From the NCBI GenBank assembly GCA_963718615.1, contig OY970368.1:3488001-3552000 (forward strand): a DNA stretch of 64,000 nt. The letters run 5' to 3'. A program made the position numbers and the translations under genes. Of the stretch, positions 21,011-30,454 are shown piece after piece. Below the pieces are notes generated by a model, which saw only the letters and a list, made by a program, of their open reading frames with translations, made no database searches and was not told the DNA's origin. Position 1 is the stretch's first letter. Every line of letters begins with the position of its first letter. The DNA is from an uncultured cyanobacterium (GTDB lineage Bacteria; Cyanobacteriota; Cyanobacteriia; PCC-9006; JAAUQQ01).

Positions 21011-21334
21011 TTAGTCATTCACTCCATAGGTTACGATTTTGCCGTTACGTTCAATTAGGAATTCATCCCCTTTATTCCAACGGGTGGCACCATCCGGGAG
21101 ATATTTCTTACGGGCTCCCTTTTTGTTGAAATTGGCGGCTTTGCGGAGGTAGCGTAGGTAGTCGTCTTCAAAACCATGTTTTTGGGCGTGTTTGACGATG
21201 CTGGCGGGAAGGGTGGGATAGGTAGCTTTGTCCCAGGCTTGGATGAGCTGCTGAATCTCGTCGGCTTCTTGGGGGGAGTAGCGATCGTAGAGGATGGCTT
21301 CATAGGGATCGGTGAAGTCGGGCGTTTCAGACAT
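21011..21334 (-). CDS. Hypothetical protein, possible polymorphic-toxin-like RNase
   Basis: ATG at 21334; WDKATY..SIVKHAQKHG..KIVTYGVN recalls Rhs C-terminal toxin domains. Confidence 0.55.
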   Translation of the reverse strand: MSETPDFTDPYEAILYDRYSPQEADEIQQLIQAWDKATYPTLPASIVKHAQKHGFEDDYLRYLRKAANFNKKGARKKYLPDGATRWNKGDEFLIERNGKIVTYGVND

Positions 21335-21341
21335 GGTTCTA

Positions 21342-24300
21342 TTATCCCTGATCCTTTCTTTCCAGCCGCTCGGCTTCGGCGAGTTTAGTAGTGGCTTCGG
21401 CGGTGTTGCCTTGGCGCTGGAGGTGGTGGGCCTGGGCGCGGAGGAAGCGGGCGGTTTCGGGGCGGGTCCAGGCGTGAGTTTTGCAGACTTCGCAGGCTTG
21501 GTGGGCGTAGTCGGTTTTGGGTACAACTAGGTCGCTGTGGAACATGAGTTGGTTGCAGCAGTCCCGCAGCCAGTCTTGCCAGGTGCCGCCGCGCCAGAGC
21601 CGCAGGGTATTATCCCTGCTGCCAGAAATAATCCGATCCCCCGTGGGGCTAAAGGCCACGGCCCACACCCAATCGGAATGGCCCTGGAACGGCTCCCCGA
21701 TCGTTCTGCCCTCTAAATCCCACAGCCGCAGGGTATTATCCTCGCTGCCAGAAATAATCCGATCCCCCGTGGGGCTAAAGGCCACGGCCCACACCGAACC
21801 CGAATGGCCCTGGAACGGCTCCCCGATCGTTCTGCCCTCTAAATCCCACAGCCGCAAGGTTCCGTCATTGCTGCCGGAGACAATCCGATCCCCCGTAGGG
21901 CTAAAAGCGACGGCCCTAACTGAATCCGAATGACCCTGAAACGCCTCCCCGTTGGCAGAGCCACTTCCCCAGGTAATCGTTCTGCCCTCTAAATCCCACA
22001 GCCGCAGGGTGCTATCCCGGCTGCCGGAAATAATCCGATCCCCCGTTGGGCTAAAGGCCACGGCCCACACCCAATCGGAATGGCCCTGGAACGGCTCCCC
22101 GATCGTTCTGCCCTCTAAATCCCACAGCCGCAGGGTGCTATCCCGGCTGCCAGAAATAATCCGATCCCCCGTTGGGCTAAAGGCCACGGCCCACACCCCA
22201 TCGGAATGGCCCTGAAACGGCTCCCCGTTGGCGGAGCCACTTCCGAGGGTAATCGTTCTGCCCTCTAAATCCCACAGCCGCAGAGTATTATCCTCGCTGC
22301 CAGAAATAATCCGATCCCCCGTAGGGCTAAAGGCCACGGCCCACACCCCATCGGAATGGCCCTGAAACGGCTCCCCGATCGTTCTGCCCTCTAAATCCCA
22401 CAGCCGCAGGGTATGATCGTCGCTGCCAGAAATAATCCGATCCCCCGTCGGGCTAAAGGCCACCGCCGTCACCGAATCCGAATGGCCCTGGAATGGCTCC
22501 CCGATCGTTCTGCCCTCTAAATCCCACAACCGCAGGGTATGATCGTCGCTGCCAGAAATAATCCGATCCCCTGTCGGGCTAAAGGCCACGGCCAACACCG
22601 AACCCGAATGGCCCTGAAACGGCTCCCCGATCGTTCTGCCCTCTAAATCCCACAACCGCAGAGTATTATCCCCGCTGCTGGAAATAATCCGATTCCCCGT
22701 GGGGCTAAAGGCCACGGCCAACACCGAACCCGAATGGCCCTGAAACGGCTCCCCGATCGTTCTGCCCTCTAAATCCCACAACCGCAGAGTATTATCCCCG
22801 CTGCCGGAAATAATCCGATTCCCCGTGGGGCTAAAGGCCACGGCCCACACCCCATCGGAATGGCCCTGAAACGGCTCCCCAATCGTTCTTCCCTCCAAAT
22901 CCCACAGCCGCAGGGTATTATCCCGGCTGCCGGAAATAATTCGATCCCCCTGGGGACTAAAGGCCACGGCATACACCGAATTCGTATGGCCCTGAAACGG
23001 CTCCCCGTTGGCGGAGCCACTTCCGAGGGTAATCGTTCTGCCCTCTAAATCCCATAGCCGCAGAGTATTATCCCCGCTGCCGGAAATAATCCGATCCCCC
23101 TGGGGGCTAAAGGCCACGGCCAACACCAAATTCGTATGGCCCTGAAACGGCTCCCCGATTGTTCTGCCCTCCAAATCCCACAGCCGCAGGGTATTATCCC
23201 GGCTGCCGGAAATAATCCGATCCCCCTGGGGGCTAAAGGCCACGGCCAACACCAAATTCGTATGGCCCTGAAACGGCTCCCCGATCGTTCTGCCCTCCAA
23301 ATCCCACAGCCGCAGGGTATTATCCGGGCTGCCGGAAATAATCCGATCCCCCTGGGGGCTAAAGGCGACGCAGGTCACTGCGCTTTTGTGTCCCTCCAGC
23401 TTCAGCCGCTCCTGAATTTTTGACCAAGCTTGGTTGAGCGCATCTTGTACCGGCGTAATTGCCTCCTGGAGCTGCTCAAGGCTCTCGCCCACCGTCGCAA
23501 TCGCCATTAAAGTTTGGTCAACGACTTTGGCCGGAGGAAGGCTCAAAATCCTTGTGCGGGCTTCACGCAAATTGGCAATGGCTAAAGCTTGCTTGAGGGC
23601 GGCGGCACTTTTTTGTTCCGCTTCGTCGCTGAGCTTAAAAAAGTCGCGCAGGTCAGCCGTCACCAACACCTGGGCGCGTTCGTCTCCCTCCAAAGCCTGC
23701 AACTCAGCCAACAGTCCCCCCTGGATCAAATACTTCTCATTCCGCCCCCGCTCCTCCCACTCCTCCAGCGCATCCTCCACCTTCTGCCGCAGCCGCAGCC
23801 GGTCCCGATCCTGCTGCCGCCACTCCACAAACCGCCCCCAGCCCCCCATCAACGCCTCATGGGCCAAATCAATCGTCGCTCCCCCATCCTCTCCATCACT
23901 ACTCACCGCCCCATCACTGACAAGCAACCGCCCCCGCACCAACTCCCCCATCACATCCACAATCTGCCGCTCCTGCACCCCATTCCCACTCGCCAACTTG
24001 AGCAAATTCCCCTTCAGTTGCCGCTGCCGCGTATCCGTTTCCCCCTTCCCAATCCGCACCAGTTGCAAACACACCCGCCGCGCCCAATCCCGCTCCACCT
24101 CATTCAGCGAGCCATACACCGCCTCCACCCGCGCATCCAACGCCCCCTGCAACCGCCCCATTTGCTGATAGGCAGCGGCAGTCAGCAACCGCTTCTGCCG
24201 GTCCCGCTGCGCCCACAACTCGGAGAGCGCAAACTCCAACAGCGGCAAACAATTCCGCTCCGACTCCACATCCGCCAAAATCAGCTCCAGCAATCCCGCC

Positions 24301-25724
24301 CCAAAGCCATAGCCCAACCGCTCCGCCGGTTTGACAATGGCATCCCGCAACCCCTGCCCCTGCAACGGCCCCACATACACCGTTTGCTCCTGGATCACCT
24401 GGGTCGGTTGCCCCGTCGCCAACCAATCATTGACAAAATCAGAACGCATCGTCGTGACGATCGACAATACGGACGCTGCTGGGGAATCTGCACCCGGAGG
24501 ACGAACGCGGTTCGTCCCTACGGTCACCAATTGGGCGATAAATCGTTGGCGTTGTTCTGGGTTGATGCAAACCGTAAACACCTCCTCAAACTGATCAATC
24601 ACCAACAAAAACCGCTGCCCCGCCGCCCCATCGGCCAGGGCCTGCAACCGTTCCACAACCGGCCACAACCCCTCCTCCTCAATTTGCCGATACACCTCAG
24701 CAATCTCCCGCTCCCCAAACACCGCCCGAAAGGCCCGCTTCAACTCCCCCATCGGCTCCGGCCCCGGCTTAATCGGCCCCAAAATCCGCCAACCCTGCTC
24801 CAGCAAACGCGGCACCACCCCCGCCCGCACAATCGACGACTTACCAATCCCACTCGGCCCAATCACCAGCACAAAATTGCAATCCTGCAACTTGCGCAAC
24901 AGCTCCAACACCACCCCATCCCGCCCAAAGAAAAACTGCTTCGTCTCCGGCATAAAGGCATTCAACCCCTGATACGGACAAACCGACTCATCCAGAACGG
25001 GCTGCACCCCCCGCCGATATTGCACAATCGGCAACTCCCGCCCCACACCCAGACTAACCGGCTCCTGCGGTCCCTGTCGCAGTTGCTCCTTCACAAACGC
25101 AATCAACCGCTCCGCCGTCACCATCCCCTGAGCATCCGCCTGGGCCTCCGCCAACCCCTCCAACACCGCCTCGGTAAACACACTGTTGGTCGCATTGTTC
25201 ATCGCCCAAGCTTGCTCATGGCTCCGACAAGCCGTCAGCAACACATAGTCCCGATCTTGAAACGCCGCAAACATCTGCCGCAGCGGTTCCTTCTCCAGCA
25301 AGTAACCGCTGTGACAACAATCCAACAACATCACCAAATTGCTAAACCGCGCCTCCGCCAAATTCCGATTGAGGCTATTCAGCTTCAAGCCATTCTCATG
25401 ACCAACAATCTGTCTCCCTTGGGTTTTGATCCCACAATCCGACGCCGCCAGCACTACCTCCGGTGGGTCAAACTCATCAAAAATCTGCAACCCATGACCG
25501 CTATAAAAAATCAGCGCCTCCGCATTCGTCGCCTGCTGCCAAAATTGCTTAAACGCTTGGGCTAACTCCGCCTTACTCACCCGCCCCCGCAACAGCGTCA
25601 CCCGAAAATTGCCATGGGCCTCCAGCAGCTTCGCCATGGCCTCCGCATCCGCATCCGCCTGGGAAATCGAACTCAAGGGCGATCGATTCTCCCCAATCCC
25701 AATCACCAGCGCATAGCGAGCCAT
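21342..25724 (-). CDS. Caspase (C14) - nSTAND1-type NTPase - 14x WD40 protein (NLR-like)
   Basis: YALVIGI, YSGHG and LDCCHSG dyad; CPYQGL, GPSGIGKSS, IDQFEE, LPLLEFAL, HEAL; WD40 array. Confidence 0.93.
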   Translation of the reverse strand: MARYALVIGIGENRSPLSSISQADADAEAMAKLLEAHGNFRVTLLRGRVSKAELAQAFKQFWQQATNAEALIFYSGHGLQIFDEFDPPEVVLAASDCGIKTQGRQIVGHENGLKLNSLNRNLAEARFSNLVMLLDCCHSGYLLEKEPLRQMFAAFQDRDYVLLTACRSHEQAWAMNNATNSVFTEAVLEGLAEAQADAQGMVTAERLIAFVKEQLRQGPQEPVSLGVGRELPIVQYRRGVQPVLDESVCPYQGLNAFMPETKQFFFGRDGVVLELLRKLQDCNFVLVIGPSGIGKSSIVRAGVVPRLLEQGWRILGPIKPGPEPMGELKRAFRAVFGEREIAEVYRQIEEEGLWPVVERLQALADGAAGQRFLLVIDQFEEVFTVCINPEQRQRFIAQLVTVGTNRVRPPGADSPAASVLSIVTTMRSDFVNDWLATGQPTQVIQEQTVYVGPLQGQGLRDAIVKPAERLGYGFGAGLLELILADVESERNCLPLLEFALSELWAQRDRQKRLLTAAAYQQMGRLQGALDARVEAVYGSLNEVERDWARRVCLQLVRIGKGETDTRQRQLKGNLLKLASGNGVQERQIVDVMGELVRGRLLVSDGAVSSDGEDGGATIDLAHEALMGGWGRFVEWRQQDRDRLRLRQKVEDALEEWEERGRNEKYLIQGGLLAELQALEGDERAQVLVTADLRDFFKLSDEAEQKSAAALKQALAIANLREARTRILSLPPAKVVDQTLMAIATVGESLEQLQEAITPVQDALNQAWSKIQERLKLEGHKSAVTCVAFSPQGDRIISGSPDNTLRLWDLEGRTIGEPFQGHTNLVLAVAFSPQGDRIISGSRDNTLRLWDLEGRTIGEPFQGHTNLVLAVAFSPQGDRIISGSGDNTLRLWDLEGRTITLGSGSANGEPFQGHTNSVYAVAFSPQGDRIISGSRDNTLRLWDLEGRTIGEPFQGHSDGVWAVAFSPTGNRIISGSGDNTLRLWDLEGRTIGEPFQGHSGSVLAVAFSPTGNRIISSSGDNTLRLWDLEGRTIGEPFQGHSGSVLAVAFSPTGDRIISGSDDHTLRLWDLEGRTIGEPFQGHSDSVTAVAFSPTGDRIISGSDDHTLRLWDLEGRTIGEPFQGHSDGVWAVAFSPTGDRIISGSEDNTLRLWDLEGRTITLGSGSANGEPFQGHSDGVWAVAFSPTGDRIISGSRDSTLRLWDLEGRTIGEPFQGHSDWVWAVAFSPTGDRIISGSRDSTLRLWDLEGRTITWGSGSANGEAFQGHSDSVRAVAFSPTGDRIVSGSNDGTLRLWDLEGRTIGEPFQGHSGSVWAVAFSPTGDRIISGSEDNTLRLWDLEGRTIGEPFQGHSDWVWAVAFSPTGDRIISGSRDNTLRLWRGGTWQDWLRDCCNQLMFHSDLVVPKTDYAHQACEVCKTHAWTRPETARFLRAQAHHLQRQGNTAEATTKLAEAERLERKDQG
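21952..21975 (+). repeat. 24-bp small dispersed repeat-like insert (diverged copy)
   Basis: TTGGCAGAGCCACTTCCCCAGGTA inserted in CCG^ATCG. Confidence 0.75.
22228..22251 (+). repeat. 24-bp small dispersed repeat-like insert
   Basis: TTGGCGGAGCCACTTCCGAGGGTA inserted in CCG^ATCG; most other units show the empty site. Confidence 0.8.
23008..23031 (+). repeat. 24-bp small dispersed repeat-like insert
   Basis: Identical to 22228-22251. Confidence 0.8.
24499..24521 (-). repeat. GTAG-type REP-like palindrome inside the STAND domain
   Basis: GTAG-GGACGAA-CCGCG-TTCGTCC. Confidence 0.6.
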
Positions 25725-25875
25725 CAGTCGTTCCTTTCCCTCTCTGACATAGCAAAATCCGCTGGCAATGAGACCAGCCCTCATCATAACTTGGCCAGTC
25801 CCAAAGACCCACCCGCTAAAGACCCGCCCGCTATAGTAGAGCTATCTTTTCTGAACCCTATCAGAGACAAATCCC

Positions 25876-26562
25876 ATGGTTTCCCAAACGTCCCCCCCTG
25901 AGTTCAAAACCATCGCCAAGCCGATCACCGATGAATGGGTGACAACGACTTGGGATCAATTCATCCAATTGACCGAACAACCCCAATACCAAAATGCTAA
26001 AGCCTACTACCACAACCATAAAATGAGGATTGAAACCATGCCCACAGGTTCAGACCATGCCAAAGAACATCTGACCCTGATCATGATCATTATGCTATTT
26101 GGCATCATTCACAACATTGCGCTGGATGGCCGAGACAACTGCACATTTCGCAAAGTAGGTCAGATAGAATTTCAGCCCGATATCGCCTACTACATCGGCG
26201 GTAATGCCAATCAAATCCCCCAGGGCACCCGCATCATTGATATTGATCAATATCCCCTGCCCGACCTCATCATTGAAGTCGCTGACACCACCCTTCAAGA
26301 CGACCTGGGCGAAAAACGATTACAGTACGAAGAACTGGGTATCCCTGAATATTGGGTCTGGAACGTACAAACCCGACAGGTCATCGCCTTCGCCATTGGC
26401 CCCGATTGCAGCAGCCGTCGCCTCCGCAGTTCTGAAGTTTTGCCAGGATTGGAATTAGACTTGCTCGAAACCGCCATGCAGCGCAGTTGGGAATCGGGGC
26501 AATCGGAAGTCGGGCAGTGGCTCATGCAACAATGGCAATCCGAACAACAAACAGTAAGATGA
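25876..26562 (+). CDS. Uma2-family endonuclease-like protein
   Basis: QPDIAYY..PDLIIEVA..KRLQYEELGIPEYWV. Confidence 0.93.
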   Translation: MVSQTSPPEFKTIAKPITDEWVTTTWDQFIQLTEQPQYQNAKAYYHNHKMRIETMPTGSDHAKEHLTLIMIIMLFGIIHNIALDGRDNCTFRKVGQIEFQPDIAYYIGGNANQIPQGTRIIDIDQYPLPDLIIEVADTTLQDDLGEKRLQYEELGIPEYWVWNVQTRQVIAFAIGPDCSSRRLRSSEVLPGLELDLLETAMQRSWESGQSEVGQWLMQQWQSEQQTVR

Positions 26563-26668
26563 TCTAGATTCGTCACAGACTCTATCCCATGGCCGCCATT
26601 CAACGCCTCATCCTCGAAGACGACGTACAATTCGCAGCGAGGGCGGTGTACCCGTCCTCGCCAATGCA

Positions 26669-27637
26669 TTAACGGCGACGCCCTCGACTGAAGGACCGCG
26701 TTGCAGGCCGACGCACAGACCGACTACTGCCAAAGGAATTATTCGAAGGACGACGCATCGTTGCACCGCCTGCCTTGGGTTGAGCCTTGTCGCGGCGCAG
26801 GGTGCTGGTACCAAACCCTGACCCCGAAGCCTTGCTGCGAGCGTTGGATTGATTAGTGGCCTTCACTGGCTTGCGATTAGTTGCCGTTGCACCCTCTCGG
26901 CGAATGCGGCCTGTGGTGCGAAAGGTTTGACGGTTGCGTTCGGCGATCGGTGCTTCGTTGTACCGCTGACGATATTGGCTCACCGCACCATCATAGGTTC
27001 GACCATAGCCGCCATAACCCACCAGCGGACCGCCGCCATAGACAGGGGGGACATAGTAATGGGGCGTAAATAGTGCATTGGCAACCATTTGACCGGCGAT
27101 CGCCCCCGCAAACGGCGTCCAAAAACTCGACTCCCGCCGCACAATCACCGTCTCCTTCACCCCCGTCTGGGAATTTTCCTGGACCTCCGCCACATTATGG
27201 GTATATTCAATCCGAAACTCGGGCGTCAGATGGAACGAGGGCTGTCCGTTTTCCACCTGGAGATAGCTGTCTTGCTTCGCCTGAACTTCCGCCTCAGTGA
27301 GACGAGCCATCGCCAAATTCTCAACGGTATAGAGTGCAGACATCCCCGGCGGTGTATTCAGCAACATCAGCGAATAGCGGCCATCGCCATCGTCATAGCT
27401 GGCCTGCTGGACGGGATATTGGCCATCCGGGAGCGGAGCCTGGGACTGCACCGTGGCCGTGGGGGCGGCGATCGCCGACTCGTTTGGATTGCTTGCCAGA
27501 TTGGGACTGCCACAGGCGATCGTCGTAAGACACAGGCCCAGGCAAAGGGAGAAGATCGCCGTGCGACGCAGCCGAGCACCCAGGTTATAAAGCAGAGGCC
27601 GACACAATAGGGACTTGAATTGCATGGAAAAAGACAC
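26669..27637 (-). CDS. Hypothetical lipoprotein with Gly/Tyr-rich and Arg-rich C-terminus
   Basis: LTTIAC lipobox; 322-aa ORF. Confidence 0.75.
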   Translation of the reverse strand: MSFSMQFKSLLCRPLLYNLGARLRRTAIFSLCLGLCLTTIACGSPNLASNPNESAIAAPTATVQSQAPLPDGQYPVQQASYDDGDGRYSLMLLNTPPGMSALYTVENLAMARLTEAEVQAKQDSYLQVENGQPSFHLTPEFRIEYTHNVAEVQENSQTGVKETVIVRRESSFWTPFAGAIAGQMVANALFTPHYYVPPVYGGGPLVGYGGYGRTYDGAVSQYRQRYNEAPIAERNRQTFRTTGRIRREGATATNRKPVKATNQSNARSKASGSGFGTSTLRRDKAQPKAGGATMRRPSNNSFGSSRSVRRPATRSFSRGRRR

Positions 27638-27749
27638 ACTTCCAAAAAAGCCAGCGCTTCTATTGTAAGGGAAAGCCCAAACCCGTTTTTATCGGTCAGA
27701 TAGGGCGATCGCCGTCCCCTCCCTGCGGTGACTCTACGGTTTCCAGCCC

Positions 27750-28703
27750 CTAGCGTACAATCTCCAAACGGACTGGGGCAACGCCAGACTGAATCGTGCC
27801 GAGGGACTGAGCCGCTCCCGCAGACAAATCAATTTCTCGACCTCGGATAAAAGGACCGCGATCGTTAATCCGTACCAAAGCCGACCGACCATTGTCTAAA
27901 TTGGTCACTCGAACCCAAGTGCCAAAGGGTAAAGATTTATGGGCAGCGGTCATAGCATTGGGGTCAAAGATTTCGCCATTCGCAGTTCGTCGGCCCTGAA
28001 ATCCTGGCCCATACCAAGAGGCGAGTCCCTCGGTGAAAAATTGACGAATGGCACCCATGCCGATGCTGGCACTGGGCTCAGGCATAGCTCCAGGGCGGAG
28101 TCGGGCGATCGCCTCCGGCTTCAGCGGCTCAGCATCTCCCAAAATCTGCCGCAGTCGGTTGATCCCTTGGAGAATTTCTTCCTCAGCGGTCTGGACCTGA
28201 CCCGCAAACTGGGTATTGCGATCGAGGGTGAGGAGGGGGCGATCGCCCACCTTGATTCCATAAACCCCCTGCTGTGCGTCCCAGGTTGGGGTAATCGATT
28301 CACCGGTCGCACCCCGTTGATAGAGCTGATTGATTTCGGCGGCGGCGGTCGTCGCTCGGCTGAGGGCGCTGAGGGGGGAGGTTGCGACCTTATTAGTGTC
28401 AGGGGATTTAGTGGCGTAGGTTTTAGCTGAACCTGAGACTGGGATCACCGCAGCCGCACGACTATCGAGGAAGGTAAAAACAGGAACCTCTCGCACAGAG
28501 AGGGTCGCAGCGGGGCGATCGCCCCAGGTCTGGAGCTGAACTTTGGCAATGCTTTTGGGCGGCTGAAACCGTTCTTGGGAATAGGGTTTACCCACTTTGC
28601 GAACTACGGGGGCGGGAAATGCCTCACTGGGAAACCCTAAGCTGGTGAGACTGAGGAGCACAATTAGGGCAGTCGTGCCCCAGCCGGTGAATTGGAGTTG
28701 CAT
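27750..28703 (-). CDS. rlpA: Septal ring lytic transglycosylase RlpA family
   Basis: [30 protein letters not shown]. Confidence 0.92.
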   Translation of the reverse strand: MQLQFTGWGTTALIVLLSLTSLGFPSEAFPAPVVRKVGKPYSQERFQPPKSIAKVQLQTWGDRPAATLSVREVPVFTFLDSRAAAVIPVSGSAKTYATKSPDTNKVATSPLSALSRATTAAAEINQLYQRGATGESITPTWDAQQGVYGIKVGDRPLLTLDRNTQFAGQVQTAEEEILQGINRLRQILGDAEPLKPEAIARLRPGAMPEPSASIGMGAIRQFFTEGLASWYGPGFQGRRTANGEIFDPNAMTAAHKSLPFGTWVRVTNLDNGRSALVRINDRGPFIRGREIDLSAGAAQSLGTIQSGVAPVRLEIVR

Positions 28704-29281
28704 AACAAAAAAGTTGAAAAGGCCAAGCAGGCAACACAAAATGGCTTTTGTGTCACAACAACACGGGCTGGCATCACATTGACCTCACAGACCTGACAGG
28801 GACTCCATCGGTAGGGACTTCGTCGGTAGAGATTTCACAGGGGGGAGCTGTGATCTGGCATTTATCCTAGGCAATTTAATCTTGAGCGATTTAATCTTGG
28901 GCGATCGAATAATCCCAAAGCATCAGAACATTTCGGGATCTTAGAATGCTGAGCGGTTAAGGCAATTCGGGCACAATTACCGGACTAAGGTGATTTGCAG
29001 CCCCAGGGCATCCGCAGTCTAACGGATTTTTAGCGGAGCAGGGGATAACCAGGAAGGAGCCTTGGCACGGCATAATTCTCGATTGAGTCGTTCCCTGGAA
29101 AGGCTTTAGGGCGTTTTGACCAGGACGTCAGGAAGAAATGACAAAAAATCAAGCTATTTGCGTAGATTTACGGGGAGAGGCCGATAGCTGACCCACGACA
29201 AACGTCCTCAAAAACCGCTACAGTGACCTTCAGGAACGCCCGTACCAAGTTAACGTTGTTTTGCATTGGGTCGTGAGTTCG

Positions 29282-30397
29282 ATGGCGATTATTTCTTCCA
29301 AATCCCCAGAACCTCGCCCTTCCGGTTCTGAAGCCTCCTCGAAGGCTCAGGTCTCTTCGAAGGCTCAGGCGTCCTCGAACCAGTCGGAACTCACGCCAGA
29401 GGCTCGCCCTGATGAGGCCGGAAAACCCGAGGAATCCCTGCGCCCGCAAACCCTCCAGGATTATGTGGGTCAGCGAGCCCTGAAAGAGGTCCTGGGCATC
29501 GCCATCGCCGCAGCCAAGGTGCGGCGGGAAAGTCTCGACCATTTGCTGCTCTACGGGCCGCCGGGGCTGGGCAAAACGACCATGTCGCTGGTGTTGGCGG
29601 CGGAGATGAATGTCAACTGCAAAATCACTACAGCTCCAGCCCTAGAGCGGCCTCGGGATATTGTCGGGCTGTTGATTAATCTACAGCCGGGGGATTTACT
29701 GTTTATTGACGAAATTCACCGGCTCTCCAAGGTCACCGAAGAAATTCTCTACCCCGCCATGGAAGACTTCCGGATTGATGTGACCATTGGCAAAGGTCAG
29801 AGTGCCCGCACACGCAGTATTCCGCTCAAGCCCTTTACCCTAGTGGGCGCAACAACCCAGGTGGGAGCCTTGACTTCGCCCCTCCGGGATCGCTTCGGTC
29901 TGATCCAGCGACTGCGATTCTACGAACTGGATGAGCTCACGGCCATTGTGTTGCGGACGGCTCAAATCTTGTCGGTGGCGGTGGAACCCGATGGAGCCGA
30001 AGAAATTGCTCGGCGATCGCGCGGCACCCCCCGCATTGCCAACCGTCTGCTCAAGCGGGTGCGGGACTATGTGGCGGTAAAGCAAAAAGGAACGGTGAAT
30101 CAGGCGATCGCCGCTGAAGCCCTAGAACTGTATAACGTGGATCCCTGTGGGTTAGATTGGACCGATCGCCGCCTCTTGAGTCTGATGATTGAAAACTTTA
30201 ACGGCGGCCCAGTGGGTCTTGATACCCTGGCGGCGGCCACCGGGGAAGATGCTCAGACCATTGAAGATGTTTACGAGCCCTACCTCTTACAAATTGGCTA
30301 TCTTCAACGCACCCCGCGAGGCCGGGTTGCGACTCCAGCGGCTTGGAAACATTTGGGCTATGAGCCTCCACCGGGAGCCCAGCTTTCTATGCTGTGA
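29282..30397 (+). CDS. ruvB: Holliday junction helicase RuvB
   Basis: [39 protein letters not shown]. Confidence 0.98.
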   Translation: MAIISSKSPEPRPSGSEASSKAQVSSKAQASSNQSELTPEARPDEAGKPEESLRPQTLQDYVGQRALKEVLGIAIAAAKVRRESLDHLLLYGPPGLGKTTMSLVLAAEMNVNCKITTAPALERPRDIVGLLINLQPGDLLFIDEIHRLSKVTEEILYPAMEDFRIDVTIGKGQSARTRSIPLKPFTLVGATTQVGALTSPLRDRFGLIQRLRFYELDELTAIVLRTAQILSVAVEPDGAEEIARRSRGTPRIANRLLKRVRDYVAVKQKGTVNQAIAAEALELYNVDPCGLDWTDRRLLSLMIENFNGGPVGLDTLAAATGEDAQTIEDVYEPYLLQIGYLQRTPRGRVATPAAWKHLGYEPPPGAQLSML

Positions 30398-30454
30398 AAA
30401 TTATGCCGTGAGAACCAGGAGATCACAGAAAATCCTGAGCAAATCCTGATGCCC

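Larger units (their letters stand above)
21590..23395 (-). repeat. Tandem array of 14 near-identical 126-bp WD40 units (three extended to 150 bp)
   Basis: GH..V.AVAFSP.G.RIISGS.D.TLRLWDLEGRTIGEPFQ repeated with near nucleotide identity. Confidence 0.97.

Noticed and set aside
21011-21526. 171-aa version of the toxin-like ORF
   Set aside because: The N-terminal extension is an alternative frame of the WD40 tail; ATG 21334 is the plausible start. A frameshift fusion has no visible slippery site.
18726-21581. Diversity-generating retroelement (tail copies as template repeats)
   Set aside because: Only about 14 of 26 mismatches between copy 3 and the gene have A in the copy; many involve other bases, and there is no reverse transcriptase or Avd in the window.
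21590-23395. CRISPR array
   Set aside because: Units are contiguous in-frame 126-bp WD40 codons without unique spacers; no cas genes.
23589-25565. 658-aa plus-strand ORF
   Set aside because: Pro/Leu/Gln-rich antisense shadow of the caspase-STAND gene caused by codon skew.
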